Below are positions 61,454 through 64,000 of a stretch of DNA of 64,000 bases, piece by piece; position 1 is the first letter of the stretch; the number at the start of each line of letters is the position of its first letter. The notes below the pieces were generated by a model. The model saw only the letters and a program-made list of their open reading frames with translations. It made no database searches and had not been told where the DNA came from. Both the position numbers and the translations under genes were made by a program. The stretch is from an uncultured Candidatus Rokubacteria bacterium (GTDB lineage Bacteria > Methylomirabilota > Methylomirabilia > Rokubacteriales > CSP1-6), in assembly GCA_963771355.1 (NCBI GenBank), contig CAVYTA010000006.1:2048001-2112000 (forward strand), written 5' to 3'.

Positions 61454-62214
61454 GCCTTGAGTCGATCGCAGGACCCGTGCTCTTCCTCCTGGGACTTTGC
61501 GTGGGCAGCTTCCTCAACGTCGTCATCGCGCGAGTGCCGGAAGGACGGAGTATCGTCGGCCCGGGCTCCGCGTGCCCCCGCTGCTCTACACCCATAGCCT
61601 GGTACGACAATGTCCCGCTTCTCTCCTTCGCCCTCCTTCGCGCGCGCTGCCGAAAGTGCGGGGAGCCGATCTCCTGGCGGTACCCGGTGGTCGAGCTCGT
61701 CACCGGCCTTCTCTTCGTCTTGGCCCTGGCCGAGCGCGGCCTCACGATCGATCTGATCCCGGCGCTCCTGCTCGTCGCCGGCCTGGTGGCGATCACCGGT
61801 ATCGACCTCGATCACCAGCTCATCCCGGACGTGATCTCGATTCCGGGCATCGTCGTGGGGCTGGCGGTGAGCACGCTGACCGGCCGGCCGGGCTGGCTCG
61901 ACTCCCTCGTCGGCGTGGTCATCGGCGGTGGGATATTCCTGCTGATCATCGTGGCGAGCCGCGGCGGTATGGGCGGTGGCGACATGAAGCTGGGGGCCAT
62001 GCTGGGCGCCTTCCTGGGCTGGAAGCTGGTTCTGGTCGCCATCCTCATCGCCATCCTCGCCGGCGGAGTGTTTGCGATCGTGGTGCTCCTGCTTCGACGC
62101 AAGGGCCGGAAGGATGCCGTCCCGTTTGGTCCGTTCCTGGCGCTGGGAGGGGTAGTGAGTCTGTTCTGGGGCGAGAGCTTGCTCGCCTGGTACCTCGGCA
62201 CGTTCTCGGGCTGA
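61450..62214 (+). CDS. pilD: Prepilin peptidase
   Basis: GSFLNVVIARVP, CxxC..CxxC, IDLDH, MGGGDMKL, PFGPFL. Confidence 0.96.
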   Translation: MSLESIAGPVLFLLGLCVGSFLNVVIARVPEGRSIVGPGSACPRCSTPIAWYDNVPLLSFALLRARCRKCGEPISWRYPVVELVTGLLFVLALAERGLTIDLIPALLLVAGLVAITGIDLDHQLIPDVISIPGIVVGLAVSTLTGRPGWLDSLVGVVIGGGIFLLIIVASRGGMGGGDMKLGAMLGAFLGWKLVLVAILIAILAGGVFAIVVLLLRRKGRKDAVPFGPFLALGGVVSLFWGESLLAWYLGTFSG

Positions 62215-62383
62215 ACGATGCCCTGCGGATTGGGCACTCGTGTCAGCCGGTTGACGTCATGGCTGTTGGATTTTGAGAGTGCCATATCGACGGAACCCTT
62301 GGAGAGGGCCCGCAGGCGGCTTGAAAGGAAGCGGAAAGGCCCGAGTTCAGGGCCCTCGGAGTGTTCGAAGGCCTGACATTGGC

Positions 62384-62400
62384 TGGCCCTCTTCTTGCTA
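62384..62400 (+). promoter_or_regulatory. Putative sigma54 promoter of the fimT-like pilin
   Basis: TGGCCC-TCTTC-TTGCTA with GG-N10-GC spacing, ~50 bp upstream of ATG 62451. Confidence 0.65.
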
Positions 62401-62450
62401 CGATACCGACACAAGCCGGGCAACCGGCGGAAAGGCTGGTATCTCGAGCC

Positions 62451-62912
62451 ATGGCAGTAAGGAAGTGGCGGAGAAGCGGGCAAGGTGGTTTTCAGCTCGT
62501 AGAGCTGATCATCATCGTGGCCATCATCGGTCTGCTAGTGGCCATCTCGGTTCCGTTCCTCGTGAGCTACCTGCAGGCGGCCAAGTTGAAGGGGAACGCC
62601 GAGATCGTGGCGACCTGGTTGAACCAGGGCCGACAACTGGCAATCCGGAACAATCAGAACGTCTGCGCCGATATCGATGGCGCCGGTCTGCACTATCACC
62701 TGACGAACTGCGCGGGGACGGTCTGGGTCGGGAACGGGACGAACGCGTCCGGGTATGTCCCCTTCCCGGCGGGGGTCACCATGAGCGTCACCTCCCCCGC
62801 GATCTTCAACTACCTCGGCGCCGCCTCCCCGGCGGCAACCTACACGATCACTCACGCCGGCCGCACGATCACGGTCTCCGTGGCCACGACCGGGCGGATC
62901 ACCATCCCCTAG
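62451..62912 (+). CDS. FimT/FimU/GspH-like minor pilin
   Basis: QGG|FQLVELIIIVAIIG, R..AI..N..V, F..LG, C-terminal V..TGRI. Confidence 0.85.
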   Translation: MAVRKWRRSGQGGFQLVELIIIVAIIGLLVAISVPFLVSYLQAAKLKGNAEIVATWLNQGRQLAIRNNQNVCADIDGAGLHYHLTNCAGTVWVGNGTNASGYVPFPAGVTMSVTSPAIFNYLGAASPAATYTITHAGRTITVSVATTGRITIP

Positions 62913-62922
62913 ACGGCGAGTC

Positions 62923-62955
62923 CGGCGGGCCCGTCATCGGGCCCGCCGTTCCTTC
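62923..62955 (+). terminator. Probable terminator after the minor pilin gene
   Basis: 11-bp stem cggcgggcccg-tcat-cgggcccgccg then ttccttc. Confidence 0.6.
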
Positions 62956-63285
62956 GCGGTTATTGACGTGGAAAGTGTCGACCTTGGGGCTGTTCGTCCC
63001 GGGTCGGCGGCACCAGACCGCGATCCGGCGAAACCGGGAGCCGAAGCGCGTGAGGCCGAACGATAGTGGATGCGTAGTGGACACGCATTTCCACAATCTA
63101 AGGTGGCCGTGCCCGGAGGCGAGCACAAGCGGGAGAACGTAATGTTTATTGACGGCTTTCGTGGGACCGACATATACATTGGGCTGACGTCTGAAGCTTT
63201 CCGCTGACCGTCACGCGTCCTCGGATAGGGTTGCCACCGCGATTTGAGCGGGGGTTTCAGACTCTACCAGGCAGGGGAGCCGACT

Positions 63286-64000
63286 ATGGGGCTGTTCGGG
63301 CTGGGGAAGAAGCAAGCGACGTTCGGACTCGATATCGGGTCCAGCAGCGTCAAGGTGGTCGAGCTCGTCGAGGGGCGAGGAGGCTTCATTCTCGAAGCCT
63401 TTGCCCGAGTTCCCCTCCCCCGTGACGTCATCGCCGACGGCGCCATCCGCGAGCCGGGGATCGTGGCCGAGGCGGTGAAGGAGGCCCTGGACAAGGCCGG
63501 GATCAAGGGCAGGTCCGCCGTGATCTCGGTGTCCGGTCGCGAGGCCATCACCAAGCGCGTTCCGCTGCCGAAGGTCGGCGCCAAGGAGCTGGCCGACGCC
63601 ATCGTGCTCGAGGCCGAGCACCACATCCCGTTCGCCGTGGACGACGTCTTCCTCGACTATCAGGTGGTCGGGGAGAGCAGCAACACCATGGACGTGATGG
63701 TGGTGGCGGTGAAGAAGGTCAAGGTGCTCGAGTACGTCGCGGCGGTGGAGGACGCGGGCATCGAGCCACTCGTGGTGGATCTCGATGCGTTCGCCATCCA
63801 GAACCAGTACGAGTTCAATAACCCCGGGGATGGCGGCGAGGCGGTGGCACTCATCGACATCGGCGCCTCCATCATGAAGACCAACGTGATCCGCGGCGGC
63901 CTTTCGATCTTCGCCCGCGACGTGCCGTTCGGGGGGCATCACTACACCGAGGCCATCGCGCAGCGGCTGAACATCCCCTTCGAAAAGGCGGAAGCGGCCA
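63286..64000 (+). CDS. pilM: Type IV pilus assembly protein PilM (3' partial; absent from the ORF track)
   Basis: Own translation: MGLFGLGKKQATFGLDIGSSSVKVVEL, HIPF, LDYQ, LIDIGAS, FGG; GGGGAG RBS. Confidence 0.93.
   Translation, partial: MGLFGLGKKQATFGLDIGSSSVKVVELVEGRGGFILEAFARVPLPRDVIADGAIREPGIVAEAVKEALDKAGIKGRSAVISVSGREAITKRVPLPKVGAKELADAIVLEAEHHIPFAVDDVFLDYQVVGESSNTMDVMVVAVKKVKVLEYVAAVEDAGIEPLVVDLDAFAIQNQYEFNNPGDGGEAVALIDIGASIMKTNVIRGGLSIFARDVPFGGHHYTEAIAQRLNIPFEKAEAA

Noticed and set aside
62956..63285. c-di-GMP riboswitch upstream of pilM
   Set aside because: A GAAA-capped hairpin exists near 63025, but the conserved GCAAA elements are absent; an Rfam scan would be decisive.

Overview
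GC-rich bacterial chromosomal window, mostly core genome. Gene style and content resemble Candidatus Rokubacteria/Methylomirabilota (inference, not verified). In order: end of carB-pyrF-pyrE-hpt-like; a peptide/nickel ABC module; an atypical NtrC-type regulator; a Tat-exported IorAB-type molybdoenzyme; a frameshifted NRAMP gene and a Ssu/Tau-type ABC transporter; yicC-gmk-rpoZ-coaBC-udg-priA-def-fmt-rsmB; an inserted block with two convergent histidine-box lipid desaturases (one CarF/TMEM189-like), a tiny lipoprotein and a PsiE-linked ORF; rpe-ffh-rpsP-rimM-trmD-rplS-rnhB-dioxygenase-like-yraN; a putative catabolic cluster (cysteine hydrolase, DHDPS-like, DinB, class III aminotransferase, LIV-type ABC); comM; slt; an HspR/HAIR-type hsp20-dnaK-dnaJ-hspR-lon operon; mazG-macrodomain; and a Myxococcus/Geobacter-type type IV pilus locus (pilBTCSRA, TMTC-like GT-C/TPR gene, pilD, fimT-like, pilM partial). 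Best leads: a TMTC-like O-glycosyltransferase between pilA and pilD (candidate pilin glycosylation system), a CarF-type plasmalogen desaturase paired with a second desaturase, and several conserved proteins with altered catalytic motifs (HPRT, DnaJ SPD, helicase-degenerate PriA, GAFTGA-less regulator). No tRNA, rRNA, CRISPR or mobile element was recognised. All calls are by eye from motifs; no searches were run.
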